Assembly (NCBI GenBank): GCA_964019425.1
Contig: OZ025791.1
Span: 1,426,001 to 1,490,000, forward strand
Length of the DNA stretch: 64,000 bases
From: Flectonema sp. DT1601
Taxonomy: Eukaryota
Direction of reading: 5' to 3'
Shown: positions 14,281-25,831 of the stretch, one piece after another
Numbering within the stretch: position 1 is the stretch's first letter
How the letters are laid out: the number at the start of each line of letters is the position of its first letter
Notes under the pieces: model-generated
Database searches by the model: none
The model's input: only the letters and a program-made list of their open reading frames with translations
What the model was told of the DNA's origin: nothing
Position numbers and translations under genes: made by a program

Positions 14281-15886
14281 AATCAGTAATTCGATCAAAA
14301 ATAATTTATTGTAGTCCCTCAGCTGTCTATCCTAATCATTTAATCTACAGCCTAGCGATTAGGCTGTAGTCGTTTTCGATCTTTAAGGTCGTTTTTGAGG
14401 ATGAGAGTCCTCGGAATTGTTTCTTCTCAATTAGTGTTTAATAATATAAATAGAACTGTTCACGTAAATGATTTACTTTACATTCGTACCAAGTCAAGTA
14501 AAAGGGATTAAACAGAAAGCGGTATTTATATTGCTGTGTGCTTCGCTTTTCCGCCAGCTTTCCTTTTTTTTTTTTTTTTTAAAAGTTTTGTGAGATTTAT
14601 TTTTTTTATTTTTAAAAAAAATATATAATCTTCTGCTTGTTTATATTGTTAAAAAATGCCGCAAACGTGTGTGCGTTGTTTCATTGGAGTTTCCCTTTTT
14701 ATTTTTCTTCTTCTTTGATAAGGCTTCTCTTATTTGGATTTTTAAAAAAATCCAGTACGCGTTTGTATTCTCTTTGCCATTAGTCTTCTTCTCACTTAGC
14801 GAAAATTTATTTCAATTTTTTTTTTTTCTAATTAGGGTTGGTATTTTCAGATATTTTTTGTCTCCTTTTTATTGCGTGTATGTGTTTCCCTTTTCAAAGA
14901 TTCAAAAAAAAAAAAAAAAAAAAAAAGGGGAAAAGGGAAACTCGTTCTATTACTCATGATCAACGGGCCTACTAGTGGCTGACTGTTGTTCAGAAACACA
15001 ACTTTCAAAAAAAAAAAAAAAAAAAAAAAGAAATATCTAGCCTCACTCTTGTGCGTGGAAAACACTACTCACTGACTACATTAATCCATTCTTTGATATT
15101 AATTATATTGATGGGGTAGCTGAGATCAAGGTTCTTGTTATTTATTAATTTGGTGTCTCTGATACTCTCATCAGTTTTTTAATATTCTCATCAAGTGAAT
15201 CGAGTGAATCGGTAGGTTTGTATTTTTGCGGGTCTTATTTTCTAACTTTCCTTATTTTGGTAAAATTCCCTTTTGTTGTGGGTTTTGTGGATTAATTTTT
15301 AATCATTGTGTAATAAATGTGATGGACTTCTTCCCAAGTATGAAAAGGTAGTTATTTTGAGCTCTTAGTAGGCTTGGTTACATTACCTTGTGTTTCACTT
15401 GCGGGTCCTTTTTTTTTTTTTTTGAGGGTTCTTTTTTTTTTTAAATAAATAATATTATGTTGGTTGGTGCTTGCTGTAGGAAGAAGGGAAATAAAAAAAA
15501 AAAAAATGCTCAAAAATTTCCTCTATTTTTTATTATGAGCTGCGGATCTCTTTATTTTTGTTGAGGCGCTTGTGTATGAAACTATTATTCTAACCTCTTA
15601 CTTTGTGAGTATGATGTGTTGCCTTATCCAAAGAGAATCTTTGTTTCGACAAACTTAAAAAGAATGATTCAATAAAAAACTGACGTTTCCTTTTGATCGA
15701 CTGCTGAGAGGTTTCTTTTTGTGTGTTTTGTGTAGTCAACAATTCCAAGGAATCACTGTGTGTGGAGAGAAGTTTAGTGTGCTTGGTAAAGAAACCTAAT
15801 TCAACCCCTCAGGTCTGGTGTCTTATTCTTCTTTTTTTTTTAATTTTGAAAAAAAAAAAAAAAAAAAGGGGGAATATTATGAACTC

Positions 15887-16585
15887 ATGCCGTCCATTGA
15901 TATAATGAAGAGAGCAATGTCTCCCCCACCAGTTACTGCTATGCAACCAGTGAGTGTGTCGCAATCACCTGCACCTCATACGGGGGGACATGAAGGAATT
16001 CTAACAGTTGTTTGGAGAAGGACAGCAGTGTTGATATTGTTGATGCTTCTTCAGAGTTTGTCGCAGTTTATTCTCGAAACGTATGAGCAGCTTGTGAGTG
16101 AGCATGTCATCGTTCCACTCTTTCTAACGATGTTGATTGGTGCTGGTGGGAATGCAGGAAATCAAGCAGCAGTTCATTCCATTACAGGTCTTGTTACTGG
16201 TGAATACACATTACGGTCATTTAGAATTGTTGTATTCAGAGAAGCCTGTATTGGATTCTTTTGTGCAACAATCTTAACATTTACAGGAATGCTGCGGGTC
16301 TACTTGTTTTACGATGCTCCTGATCGTTATGGTGATTCGTACGCAGCTGCTTCTGCTTTTGCTATTTGTACGTCGTTGTTTTTTATTGTTCTGACTTCGA
16401 TAATTGTTGGATCGTCGCTACCATTCTTACTTGAGAAGTTTGGTTGTAGTAGAGAGCATGCAGCACCTGTAATTCAAGTAGTGATGGATATTATGGGTGT
16501 TTTTATCACTTGTCATATTTGTTATTCTGTTTTACCGACAAGTAAACCTCGTTATCAAATTCCAACTCATAAACAACCAACGTGA
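15887..16585 (+). CDS. MgtE-type divalent cation transporter (membrane domain only)
   Basis: MgtE membrane motifs LIGAGGNAGNQA and APVIQVVMDIMG; about five hydrophobic helices; first in-frame ATG after the A/T tract is at 15887. Confidence 0.85.
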   Translation: MPSIDIMKRAMSPPPVTAMQPVSVSQSPAPHTGGHEGILTVVWRRTAVLILLMLLQSLSQFILETYEQLVSEHVIVPLFLTMLIGAGGNAGNQAAVHSITGLVTGEYTLRSFRIVVFREACIGFFCATILTFTGMLRVYLFYDAPDRYGDSYAAASAFAICTSLFFIVLTSIIVGSSLPFLLEKFGCSREHAAPVIQVVMDIMGVFITCHICYSVLPTSKPRYQIPTHKQPT

Positions 16586-17267
16586 TTGGAGACTCTTTCT
16601 CCGACTGTTGTTATTTACTGACTACTTGTGCTGTGCACATAGAGAACACACTTCGTAATCAACCAGATTGACCAAACAGGAGGATAAGATATCGTCTGCA
16701 CTCAGAGCGATGTTTTAGTATTCCAGTCATTCTTTGGGTTGCATTTGAAATCTAGAAACTTAAGAAAGCAAAATAATTAAATAAATAAAAAAAAACTTTT
16801 TTTTAAACGCATAATTTTATATTAAAACAGATGTTTTCGAGGGATAGGTAAGCCTCCGGGCGGGGGGTACTACGTGCACTGGTTCACGATGTTCTCCTCT
16901 TGTGCATAATTTCTCGCCCCGCGGATTAATTAAGCGGCACACCTACTCTGCCCTCAATCCATTACAATAATCTTGTTTCTCGCGCCTATGCCTCCGTTAA
17001 TTGAAAGATTAGAGGGAAAAAAAAAAAAAAAAATTATAAAAAAAGATTGTGACAATAAAAATATAAAATAAGTGAGAAACACAATTATATGTTTCCTTTG
17101 CTGAGGTTTTGTTCATTAAAATAAATTTAGTTCATTTTTTTTTTTTTTTTTTTTATTATTGTTCCTTTAAAAAAGTGTCACACATCGTTTATTAGATAAT
17201 TACTTCTTTTTTTGCATCTTTTCAAAAAAAAAAAAAACAGTTTTTATTCCCTTTTTAAAAACCAAAA

Positions 17268-17663
17268 ATGGTAGTCTTTGAAGAATGCAAAATGGATTTA
17301 GCCAAAGAGAAGTTAGCAGAGTATTATGGTTGGCAATTACCTTCTCAGAATGGTAGCGTATCGACGACGAGTGAAGAAGACGTGAGTTTAGATTCTGAAA
17401 TTGCTGTAAAAACAGTGAGAGAGAGTGAAGCCGTATTTATAAAATTACTAAAAACAAAAGAAGAAGAAGTCTCATCTCTGAAAAATAAATTAAATTCATT
17501 GCAAGTAAAGTATGAAAATGTTTCTTCGGAGTTAGCGGAGTTAAAGAATCGAGACTTCCAACCCGATGGTGTGATAACGAAACCTACTTCAGAGTCTTCA
17601 GCCCCACAAGGGAATCTTCATGTTAGACTTTGTAAACTAGAACAACAACTTGGTATTATGTAA
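17268..17663 (+). CDS. Small hypothetical coiled-coil protein (131 aa)
   Basis: ATG after ...aaacag at 17240; heptad-like segment LKTKEEEVSSLKNKLNSLQVKYENVSSELAELK. Confidence 0.55.
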   Translation: MVVFEECKMDLAKEKLAEYYGWQLPSQNGSVSTTSEEDVSLDSEIAVKTVRESEAVFIKLLKTKEEEVSSLKNKLNSLQVKYENVSSELAELKNRDFQPDGVITKPTSESSAPQGNLHVRLCKLEQQLGIM

Positions 17664-17948
17664 ACAAACACTATCACTTTCATAGATCACTTCTCCCTTC
17701 TGAAGAAGTCCTCACTTCCATAATTCTACATAGCGATAAGTCTGCAGACTTTCACCATTCCCTTTGTATTGTACTTTACTATTGCTTTTTGTTTATTACT
17801 AAGAACTGCAGAGGAGATTAATAATAATTCTACCCAATACAGTCTTTAAAACAATTATGCTACACTTCTATTTGACGCATATAATTACTGTTCTCTGTTA
17901 AAGTATTATTCTCTAATCAGGTGGGAGAGGGATCGCTGGCAGGGAAAT

Positions 17949-18832
17949 ATGATCCGAAGAAGCCGAATCCTGTTTCAGGATCCCTTCAGCGTGTTGGGAG
18001 TCTCTCGAACAAGTAGTGAGAAGGAGATTAAAGACGCATATCTCAAGCTAGCTAAAAAATATCACCCGGATCTCAATAAGAATGGTGAGGAACGATTTAA
18101 AGCCGTAAAAACGGCATACGAAAAGATCTTATCTGGGGAAGCAAAGTCAAGTCAGGAACAACAAAAACAAAAACAAACATATCAATCTAATCAACAGAGA
18201 GCTTATTATGGGAATTCTAGAGCTGATCGGGTCCGCAGTCCGTTTGGATTCAGTCAGGGAAACAACACGGGAAGAGCTTGGACACAACGTGCAGAGTATC
18301 AAAGAGTTCATGAACAGGAAGTAAACACTCGGTCTCAAGCTCAGAGAGAGATTACTAAATTAGCGAATATTATATTTATTTCTGTTCTAATTCTCTTAAC
18401 ACTTCCCATAGTCGCTCAATTCTATGCTCAAGATGAGGATGAACGTCGTCGTAGACAAGAAGAATATGAACACCTTCGTCGACAACAACTAATGATGAGA
18501 CCTGTCTACGAAGATCCGTATGTTGTTATTATTATGAAGTCTACTCGCAGACATATTCACTCTTAATAACTTAGTGATGTTCATTACAAATTGTAAAATA
18601 ATAAAAAATAAACAGCTCAAGACCACCAATGCCAGTTGGAGGAACTGGTGGCTATGGTTGGGTTTGGGTCCACCCTTATGGATGGCAGTGGCTGCCTCTC
18701 GATAAGTTGAAGAAAGCAGCACCTAGTGTGCCGCCACCACCCAGAATTCCGCACTACGAGGGCGAGTCGAAACCAAACCATCCGAGTGAGTACTCAGCTC
18801 CTCCTCCACCATCGTCACCTGTAGCAAAGTAG
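17949..18832 (+). CDS. DnaJ (J-domain) protein, probably a mitochondrial membrane protein; exons 17949-18517 and 18616-18832
   Basis: J-domain with KYHPD; short MIRRSR presequence typical of euglenozoan mitochondrial proteins; one TM helix; intron 18518-18615 joins the two ORFs in frame. Confidence 0.85.
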
Positions 18833-19435
18833 AATTCGCTTTGAGAATATTGAGCAATCTGTAAGAGTGATCTCACGGTGACGACTCACTGATGTGGGCA
18901 TCCGCTTGAAGCAGCTCGCCAACACAGTCACTCATTCTTGTACCAGAAGTAATGGTCAAAAGGCGAGAGTTATCTCGGTGTTCAATAAATCCTCTTTTAT
19001 TTTACGACCACAACCACGTTAGGTATTAAATAATGTACCTTGAGGAAAACATGTGTTCCTTTTTGCACAAGTGAAACACATGCGGTTGGTTCCGATTTTT
19101 CGTTACAGCTTTCAGAGGAGGCACGTATCTTTGCTTTGAAAAACAACAACAAAGAAAATTTCAAAACTTTAAAAAATAAGAACAGGGCAATGGACTCTGC
19201 AATGGAGAAACAACAAAAAATGTTTGTTTCCGTTGGTATGGTTGATGTACGAAACGTGGATCTGCTCAAAGAATTGTTGGTATCCGTCGTTCTGAGTTTT
19301 TATATTATTTAGTTGAAATGTATTCTCTTTTTTACAGTTCATTAAATCATCATTACGACTGAAGGAAGACTTTGAAACTGTTTGTAGAGTTTCTTATAAT
19401 AAACTTCTCACTTAAAGTATTTATTAATCAACAAA

Positions 19436-20992
19436 ATGACTGGAGCGACTAACGGAGTTGCGCCTCACGAGGCTCCTCCAACCACCACCATAATTGATAA
19501 GGAGTTGGATGAATTCCTTGACAAGTCATGGAACCTTTTAAAGAAACATTGGGAAGAAAACTCTGACAGTGAGAAGAAGGTTTTAGACATCGTAAAACCA
19601 GAAGTAATTCAGAGTGCTGTTAGTGTTGGTTTGGATGGATGTGAAGTTGGATACGATGAAATCTTCACAGCCCTGGAGGGAGTATTGAAGTACAGTGTCC
19701 GCACATCTCACCCAAGATTCATGAACATGCTTTACGGTAATACCGACCTGATGGGAATACTTGGAGAGGTAGTCGCAACCTTTTGCAACACCAATATCCA
19801 CACATACGAAGTATCTCCAGTCTTCACTCTTATGGAACATGAGCTTATGAAAGTTCTTTGTGAATACGTTGGCTACGAGAACGGTGATGGTGTCTTCGCT
19901 CCGGGTGGTTCAATGTGCAACATGTACGGAATGCTCTTAGCAAGAAACAAGGCATGCCCAGATATTAAATTTTATGGGTTTCAAGGTAAGACATTAGTAG
20001 CTTTTACTTCCGCTGAATGTCATTACAGCATTCACAAGGGAGCCAACCTTACAGGAATTGGTATTAAGAATGTCATCCCAGTGAAGTGTAATGAAATTGG
20101 ACAGATGATTCCAGAAGAACTCGAAAAGGAAATCGAAGCAGCGATCGCAGCCGGTAAAACACCATTCTTCTGTAACAGTACTGCTGGAACTACTGTAAAG
20201 GGATCTTTTGATGAGTTTCCGAAGATCGCAGCGATCTGTAAGAAGCACAACATTTGGATGCACGTCGACGCCGCTTGGGGAGGCTCAGTCGTAATGTCTT
20301 CCAAGAGAAAGTACCTAGTGGACGGTATGAACCTCGCTGATTCTATCACATGGGACCCTCACAAGGGAATGGGTGTTCCAATCCAATGCAGTGTCATCCT
20401 CACTAAGAGAAAGGGTGAGCTCGCAGCATGCAATGAATACAAAGCAGAATATCTATTCAAGGACGCTAACTTAGAAAAGATCGTCGCTCGTGGAGCTGGC
20501 AGCAAAGAAGCTGAAAACGCCGCTGCGGAACTGGCTGAAAAGAAATGGGACTTGGGAGACAAATCTCTGCAATGCGGAAGACACGTTGACGCGTTAAAAC
20601 TTTGGATGATGTTGAAGAAACATGGAAAGCAATATTTCAGTGACCGTGTTGAGAATGGTTTCCGTAACAGAGACTACATGATGAAGAAGATGGCTGAACA
20701 ACCAGAAGCCTTTAAATTAGTATCGGATCCGATGTACTTAAACCTTTGCTTTTGGTACATTCCTCCTTCTTGCAGAAAGTTGCCAGAAGGAGTTGAACGC
20801 AAGCAGAAGATCGACACTGCAGTGCAATCCATCCGCCGTTCAATCTGTGAAGAAGGAAAAGTGTACATCAACTACCAGCCTCAGGGGGCGTTACCAAACT
20901 TCTTCCGACCAATTTTCAACTCGTCGAGCACGTCAACGGCCGACATTGACCTCCTCCTCGAGAGGTTGCAGTTCTTTGGAAACGAATTATAA
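19436..20992 (+). CDS. Group II PLP-dependent decarboxylase (glutamate / cysteine-sulfinate decarboxylase-like), intronless
   Basis: HPRFMN, TYEVSPVFTLME, APGGSMCN, CHYSIHK, TAGTTVKGSFD, WMHVDAAWGG, PLP lysine in ADSITWDPHK, QCGRHVDALKLW. Confidence 0.9.
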   Translation: MTGATNGVAPHEAPPTTTIIDKELDEFLDKSWNLLKKHWEENSDSEKKVLDIVKPEVIQSAVSVGLDGCEVGYDEIFTALEGVLKYSVRTSHPRFMNMLYGNTDLMGILGEVVATFCNTNIHTYEVSPVFTLMEHELMKVLCEYVGYENGDGVFAPGGSMCNMYGMLLARNKACPDIKFYGFQGKTLVAFTSAECHYSIHKGANLTGIGIKNVIPVKCNEIGQMIPEELEKEIEAAIAAGKTPFFCNSTAGTTVKGSFDEFPKIAAICKKHNIWMHVDAAWGGSVVMSSKRKYLVDGMNLADSITWDPHKGMGVPIQCSVILTKRKGELAACNEYKAEYLFKDANLEKIVARGAGSKEAENAAAELAEKKWDLGDKSLQCGRHVDALKLWMMLKKHGKQYFSDRVENGFRNRDYMMKKMAEQPEAFKLVSDPMYLNLCFWYIPPSCRKLPEGVERKQKIDTAVQSIRRSICEEGKVYINYQPQGALPNFFRPIFNSSSTSTADIDLLLERLQFFGNEL

Positions 20993-22028
20993 AAATATTA
21001 GTGGGCGATATTGTTTTCTCACTTTCTCTGTAAAACAGTGAAATCGATATTTGGGTGAGTCTATCGACCCCTGTGAAGCTGATAAATGAGATCCCCGTCA
21101 TCTGTCATTCACAAAGTTGTGGATTCTTGGTGGATGATATTTCTTAACCCCACCAGTCTACGCACCTTCAAAGGTTCGAGTGTATTAGGTTACTTATGTT
21201 CGTGATGTTATTTTTATTTTCTCTCCCCTTTCCCAACAAATGAAGTAGCCTGGAGCAGCGTGAGTATCGATTTGTCGGTTGGCCACTGGCCCGTCAAAAC
21301 CTTTTTAGCAGCTTCCAAGCGACTCTTTTCACTTAACGTTTGAAGGAATTTTTTTTTTGTCAGCCATTTGGCTGCGAACAAACACACAATTTTCTTTCTT
21401 TATCTTCCTATTTTATTATGATGTCCTTTCTCCTTTTCTATTTTTGTGTTGTGCCTTTTAGTCGCTCATGTAGCCCACGTATCATTTCAACGAAAGAAGA
21501 TCTGTTCTTTAATTGTATCACGCAGGACTTTGTGGCAGAGACTCTTAAGTTCAAATCCGGCCGAGAATCATTTTCTTGTGTTTTTTTTAGAACTCAGCGG
21601 CCTCTTTTTTTTTTTTTTTTTTTTTGAATTTTCTTATTTAGTGTATCATCTGTTCCTGGAGTTGAATTTTCGTTGCTGGGAGTGCGGAGGCTGCGAAAAA
21701 ACACCGAGAAAGAGGAAAAACAAAAAAATAAAATAAAAACCAAACGGAGAATCATTAGTTCAAATGGTTCTTTTCCCCCTTTTTTTTTTGTGTTGTACCG
21801 ACGTAGTAGAAACCATACAGATTGAAAGCCGTTATTTCTTATGGTCATGATTTATTTTCCCCGTGCGACAGGATTCTGTCTGCGTTCAACGAAATATAAC
21901 TAATAGGCTAATCTGAATGGTTTTGATGAGTTGGCGATTGCGCTAACTCTTGTTGTGGAAATAGTAATCAATAATCATACACAAGGAAAGTAAAAAAACC
22001 TTTTTTTTCCCTCCACAGGTACAACCTA

Positions 22029-23546
22029 ATGAATTCACTACATGATACACCAAAGAAATTATCTCCCAATGGCAGGTCAACAATAGACCAGAAAACACTA
22101 CTAGACGTAGTTGGGAACGATATGTACGCGAGGGGACAACGATTCTTAATAAAAAAATTAGCAAGAGAAAAGAATAAGAAAGATGAACTTGATAAAGAAG
22201 AACAACAAGATGCTCCCGAACTAAATAAGAAATCAATTCATATGATGGGCGGAAGGAAGACACCATCCTGGACCTCAAATAACTCACCGAGGAGTTCATC
22301 GCATGAGTCACCGCGTTTGTATCAACAAAAGAAGGATCCTGTTTATTCAGATGTGATGGCTGCTTGTTTCTCAGCGACTCAGGCAGTTGAGAGAATCCTC
22401 TCTGGCTCACCATCTCAGTCAGATGTGGTTTCTAATTATTGTTTTGAGCCGAGTGTTCAAGAAACACCACCACAAAGTAAATCATCATCACGTTCTCGAT
22501 CTGCATCAGTGAGGACTACGGCATCTGTTGAATCTAAATTACGATCACGTTCGACTAATAGACTTTCTCTGACTTCAGTTCAACCTCTTTCAAAAACCCG
22601 AAAGTCTGCAACTCATCAAAACAAGTCTCAAATCACAGTATCTCCAGCAACTGTTAAAAGTAAGCGAGGATCTCATTCAAGTGTCGTACATCCTCCAACA
22701 CTATCATCAGCTAAGGAACAGTCTGCACTACAATTAACGGTGTCAGCACAGCATAAACAAATATCTGAATTACAAGATCATGTTGCTTACCTCACATTAC
22801 TTCTTGGAATTGATAGTAATTTATTAATTAATTCTGTCGCAGCTGTGAGGAATTCATTTAGAAATAAAGAGAGTCTTGTATGGGCGAGGATCTTGTCTTT
22901 TTTATCATTAAAAGGAGGGATGGCCTTGCGAATGGTTCCTGGAGCACCACAGAAGGCAGCAGACTTGGCGTACTCGAATTGGTTTCATAATAAAGAAATA
23001 TTTAAAGTTAGGTCTCATGGCTGGAGGAGGTTCTACCTCCCCTGCGCTTCGAGTTCAATCATCACTGAAGGAGTTGAGTGTCAATATGCTGACTCTGGTG
23101 TTAAAATATTTAATAAAAGTTTAATAACTTCCGGTCCTTGTCCACTCAATTTAAAAGGAAATGGTTTTGTGAAATTTCAAACCCGAGTTGCGGAAGATAA
23201 GAAAGCAACTCCGACATCAACAACTGGATTAGAGCTTCCGCAGGGGGTTTTAAAAATAATTTCTGTTGATAATAATATTATCAAGGCAGAGTTTACACAC
23301 GATGAGTGGCTTCCATTTCTCGGAGATACGATGGTTTTGGTAAAGTCAGGAAGTAATATTCCTCCTTTGTGTCCAACTCTGTCATCAGAGTATGGAATCG
23401 TAACACACGTTGATAACGTGGATAAGCTGAACCCTTGGTCGTTGTCTTTATCAATTCCTGATAACATCCCTTCTGGTGATTACGAGTTACGGTACTTAGA
23501 AAGCCTTTGTAAACAGCTAGCGTGTAGTTCTTCATTCAGACTTTGA
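22029..23546 (+). CDS. Hypothetical protein (505 aa); Ser-rich N-half and a short coiled coil
   Basis: Long ORF after a pyrimidine-rich acceptor at 22018; no family recognised. Confidence 0.65.
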   Translation: MNSLHDTPKKLSPNGRSTIDQKTLLDVVGNDMYARGQRFLIKKLAREKNKKDELDKEEQQDAPELNKKSIHMMGGRKTPSWTSNNSPRSSSHESPRLYQQKKDPVYSDVMAACFSATQAVERILSGSPSQSDVVSNYCFEPSVQETPPQSKSSSRSRSASVRTTASVESKLRSRSTNRLSLTSVQPLSKTRKSATHQNKSQITVSPATVKSKRGSHSSVVHPPTLSSAKEQSALQLTVSAQHKQISELQDHVAYLTLLLGIDSNLLINSVAAVRNSFRNKESLVWARILSFLSLKGGMALRMVPGAPQKAADLAYSNWFHNKEIFKVRSHGWRRFYLPCASSSIITEGVECQYADSGVKIFNKSLITSGPCPLNLKGNGFVKFQTRVAEDKKATPTSTTGLELPQGVLKIISVDNNIIKAEFTHDEWLPFLGDTMVLVKSGSNIPPLCPTLSSEYGIVTHVDNVDKLNPWSLSLSIPDNIPSGDYELRYLESLCKQLACSSSFRL

Positions 23547-24076
23547 TCTCTGTGTGCGGAGGTGATTGTATTGTTTCCACCGTTTTCGGTGACCCAACCT
23601 TCGTTTTAATACTGTTGGTTACACAATGTATGAGTGGTAAGTGATTATGATTACACCTCTCTATTGGTGTGGTGTGAATTAGTTTTAATGAGAACTATTC
23701 TGTTGTATTTAGCAAGTTGCAAGAGCACATGTAAATCTCCTTCAGCGCTCGTGAAGTCGAGGTGTTCCTCATTCTGTAATGAACAAGAAATAAGAAAAAT
23801 AGAACCAAAGGGGAGGGGTAAAAAAAATAAAAAATAGTAATAATTTGGTAACAACAGGCCACCGATTTTAGTTCGGAAAAAAAAAAAAGAAGATTCTTTT
23901 GTATGTACGTTCGAAGAGGAGGATTCTTTTTTTTACGAAATTTTTTTTCTTATGAAATATATTTCTAAACAGGTTGCGACTTCCAATGTTTGCGGAACCA
24001 ACTTTCGGAATTAAATAAATTTAATTAAAATTTCTATTCTATCAAATCTCTCGCAGTAATAACAAATTCAAATGAC

Positions 24077-25693
24077 ATGTCATCACGCGATGAATTAGGA
24101 AAGAAAGACTTGCTATTAAATGGTGCAGATGAAGTTGCGAAGAGAGTAAAGCAATTCATGTCTGACGGAGGTAAAGGAAAAGATGTTAATGAAGTCTTGG
24201 CTGGAGGGTATGAAGGGAATGCAGATTTGGCAACGCTGATGGGAGTTTGGTTGAAGGGAATCGAAAAAATTGAGTCAAAATTCAACAAACCCACCACACC
24301 TCTCAATGTAGTTATTGAGGATGGACTCCACAGAATGGCTGACGCCTGCCTCACTCCTGAAAATCTCGCAGAACTCGACAAAACAATTTTAACCAAACCT
24401 GAGCTACCTTCTTGGATAACACTTCTTGCAAAAGATGAACAGTGGGCCTCTCAATTAGCTCAAAGTTGGGTTAGTAATCCTGGCTGTGTTGCTCTTTCAC
24501 TGTTCCTTCTGCAACTCAAGAAGTCTAATTTTGATTCACCTATCATGTCAGCTGCGTTCCCTGACGTTCTTTATTCAAAAATACGAAATTACATTCAAAA
24601 ACCGACTCTCACCCACTCTGAACTCCGCTACTATGAGAAATACTTATCCGATGCAATTATAATCGATTACCATGTTGCTCTTGCAGCAGCTCTCATTCTC
24701 GAATTAGCTGCAAAAGATGACGATCCTGAGAAGCGAACCCGTGCATTATATTTGTTAAATAAAATACAACAGGTGGCACTAGAAGAGCTTCCTAGTGCTA
24801 AACAAGTTGAAGTCTTGTATTGCTGCAGGACTCGACTATTTAAACGAGTAGTGTCTGATAGTAGTACGCTGTGGATTCAGGACATTAATAAAATATCTGA
24901 TGATGGTCCTCAACATTATAAACATTCAATAGTGTTACAAAGAATCGTTGAGAGTATGTTAGCGAGTGACAAGTGGTTGGAGCTAACAGTTCAAATCCTT
25001 CACTCTGACCCATCACAACAACAACAATCCAGGGATGATATTACTAGGTGTAAAAACTATATTCAAAAGATTAAAATTAACTACACGACACACAGAAATG
25101 AACAATCAGCTACGATTATAAGTGAGATGTATTCATTAATCAATTCATCAGTGTGTTGTATGATGATGGTGATTGGATTATTTGATCTCGTAAACAGAAA
25201 CAGTTCAAACTGTTGCCTTCAAGAGGGCTATCCAGAAGATCGTTCTCTTTTAGTAAAATTTGTTCTCAGTGTTGTTATAAAAATAAGTTCACGACGACCT
25301 GCTTATTGCAGAAAAATTCAATCACATTTAATTAACCTCTTAGCTGACTCTCAAAATAGTCTTAGCGAAGATTGTATTCATTTGGTGACTGCTGCGTTCT
25401 TTATGGTTTCTGAGGTTCATAAGACGTCAATTCTTGTCATGTTCGAGTCCCACTCTAGTCTTTTTCCTGTTTTAGAAAGGGCATCTCTGCACTTGTTAGT
25501 ATACTTGTTGGTTATTTACAACCCGAATGCAACTCACGCTGAGCTACTACCGTTTTTTGTACATCCAGCAGTCGTTGAGGCTCTTCGGACATCGTTACCT
25601 CCTCAGCAGCAGTTCATTCCAAATGGAGTACGAAAGATTTCGAGTCAGGAATTTCTTCAGACGGTCTCTGCTATTCAAAATAGTTCTTCGTGA
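24077..25693 (+). CDS. Negative elongation factor C/D (TH1)-like protein, divergent
   Basis: KRVKQFMSDGGKGKDVNEVLAGGYEGNADLATLMGVWL and LPSWITLLAKDEQW...NPGCVALSL match the spacing of the conserved NELF-C/D blocks as I recall them (GG...Y...L..WL; P.W......W...P.C..L). Helical protein of similar length (538 aa). Confidence 0.6.
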   Translation: MSSRDELGKKDLLLNGADEVAKRVKQFMSDGGKGKDVNEVLAGGYEGNADLATLMGVWLKGIEKIESKFNKPTTPLNVVIEDGLHRMADACLTPENLAELDKTILTKPELPSWITLLAKDEQWASQLAQSWVSNPGCVALSLFLLQLKKSNFDSPIMSAAFPDVLYSKIRNYIQKPTLTHSELRYYEKYLSDAIIIDYHVALAAALILELAAKDDDPEKRTRALYLLNKIQQVALEELPSAKQVEVLYCCRTRLFKRVVSDSSTLWIQDINKISDDGPQHYKHSIVLQRIVESMLASDKWLELTVQILHSDPSQQQQSRDDITRCKNYIQKIKINYTTHRNEQSATIISEMYSLINSSVCCMMMVIGLFDLVNRNSSNCCLQEGYPEDRSLLVKFVLSVVIKISSRRPAYCRKIQSHLINLLADSQNSLSEDCIHLVTAAFFMVSEVHKTSILVMFESHSSLFPVLERASLHLLVYLLVIYNPNATHAELLPFFVHPAVVEALRTSLPPQQQFIPNGVRKISSQEFLQTVSAIQNSSS

Positions 25694-25831
25694 CTTCGAC
25701 AAGTATCTTTTGGTTAGTAGTTTGTCTCATCGACTACAGCGAATCTGATTCGCGAATTCTTTTTGTTTTTGGATTTCATTTATTATTTTTTAAATAGTTC
25801 TTTCATTTCAGTTTATCTATAAAAAAAAACA

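Noticed and set aside
14669..15065. F/K-rich ORFs in intergenic DNA (also 11856, 21340-21848, 42840-44837)
   Set aside because: They are translations of poly-T/poly-A tracts with no protein-like composition.
19040..19312. 90-aa ORF upstream of the decarboxylase
   Set aside because: Non-ATG start in the track, no recognisable motif, and no in-frame splice to the downstream CDS was established.
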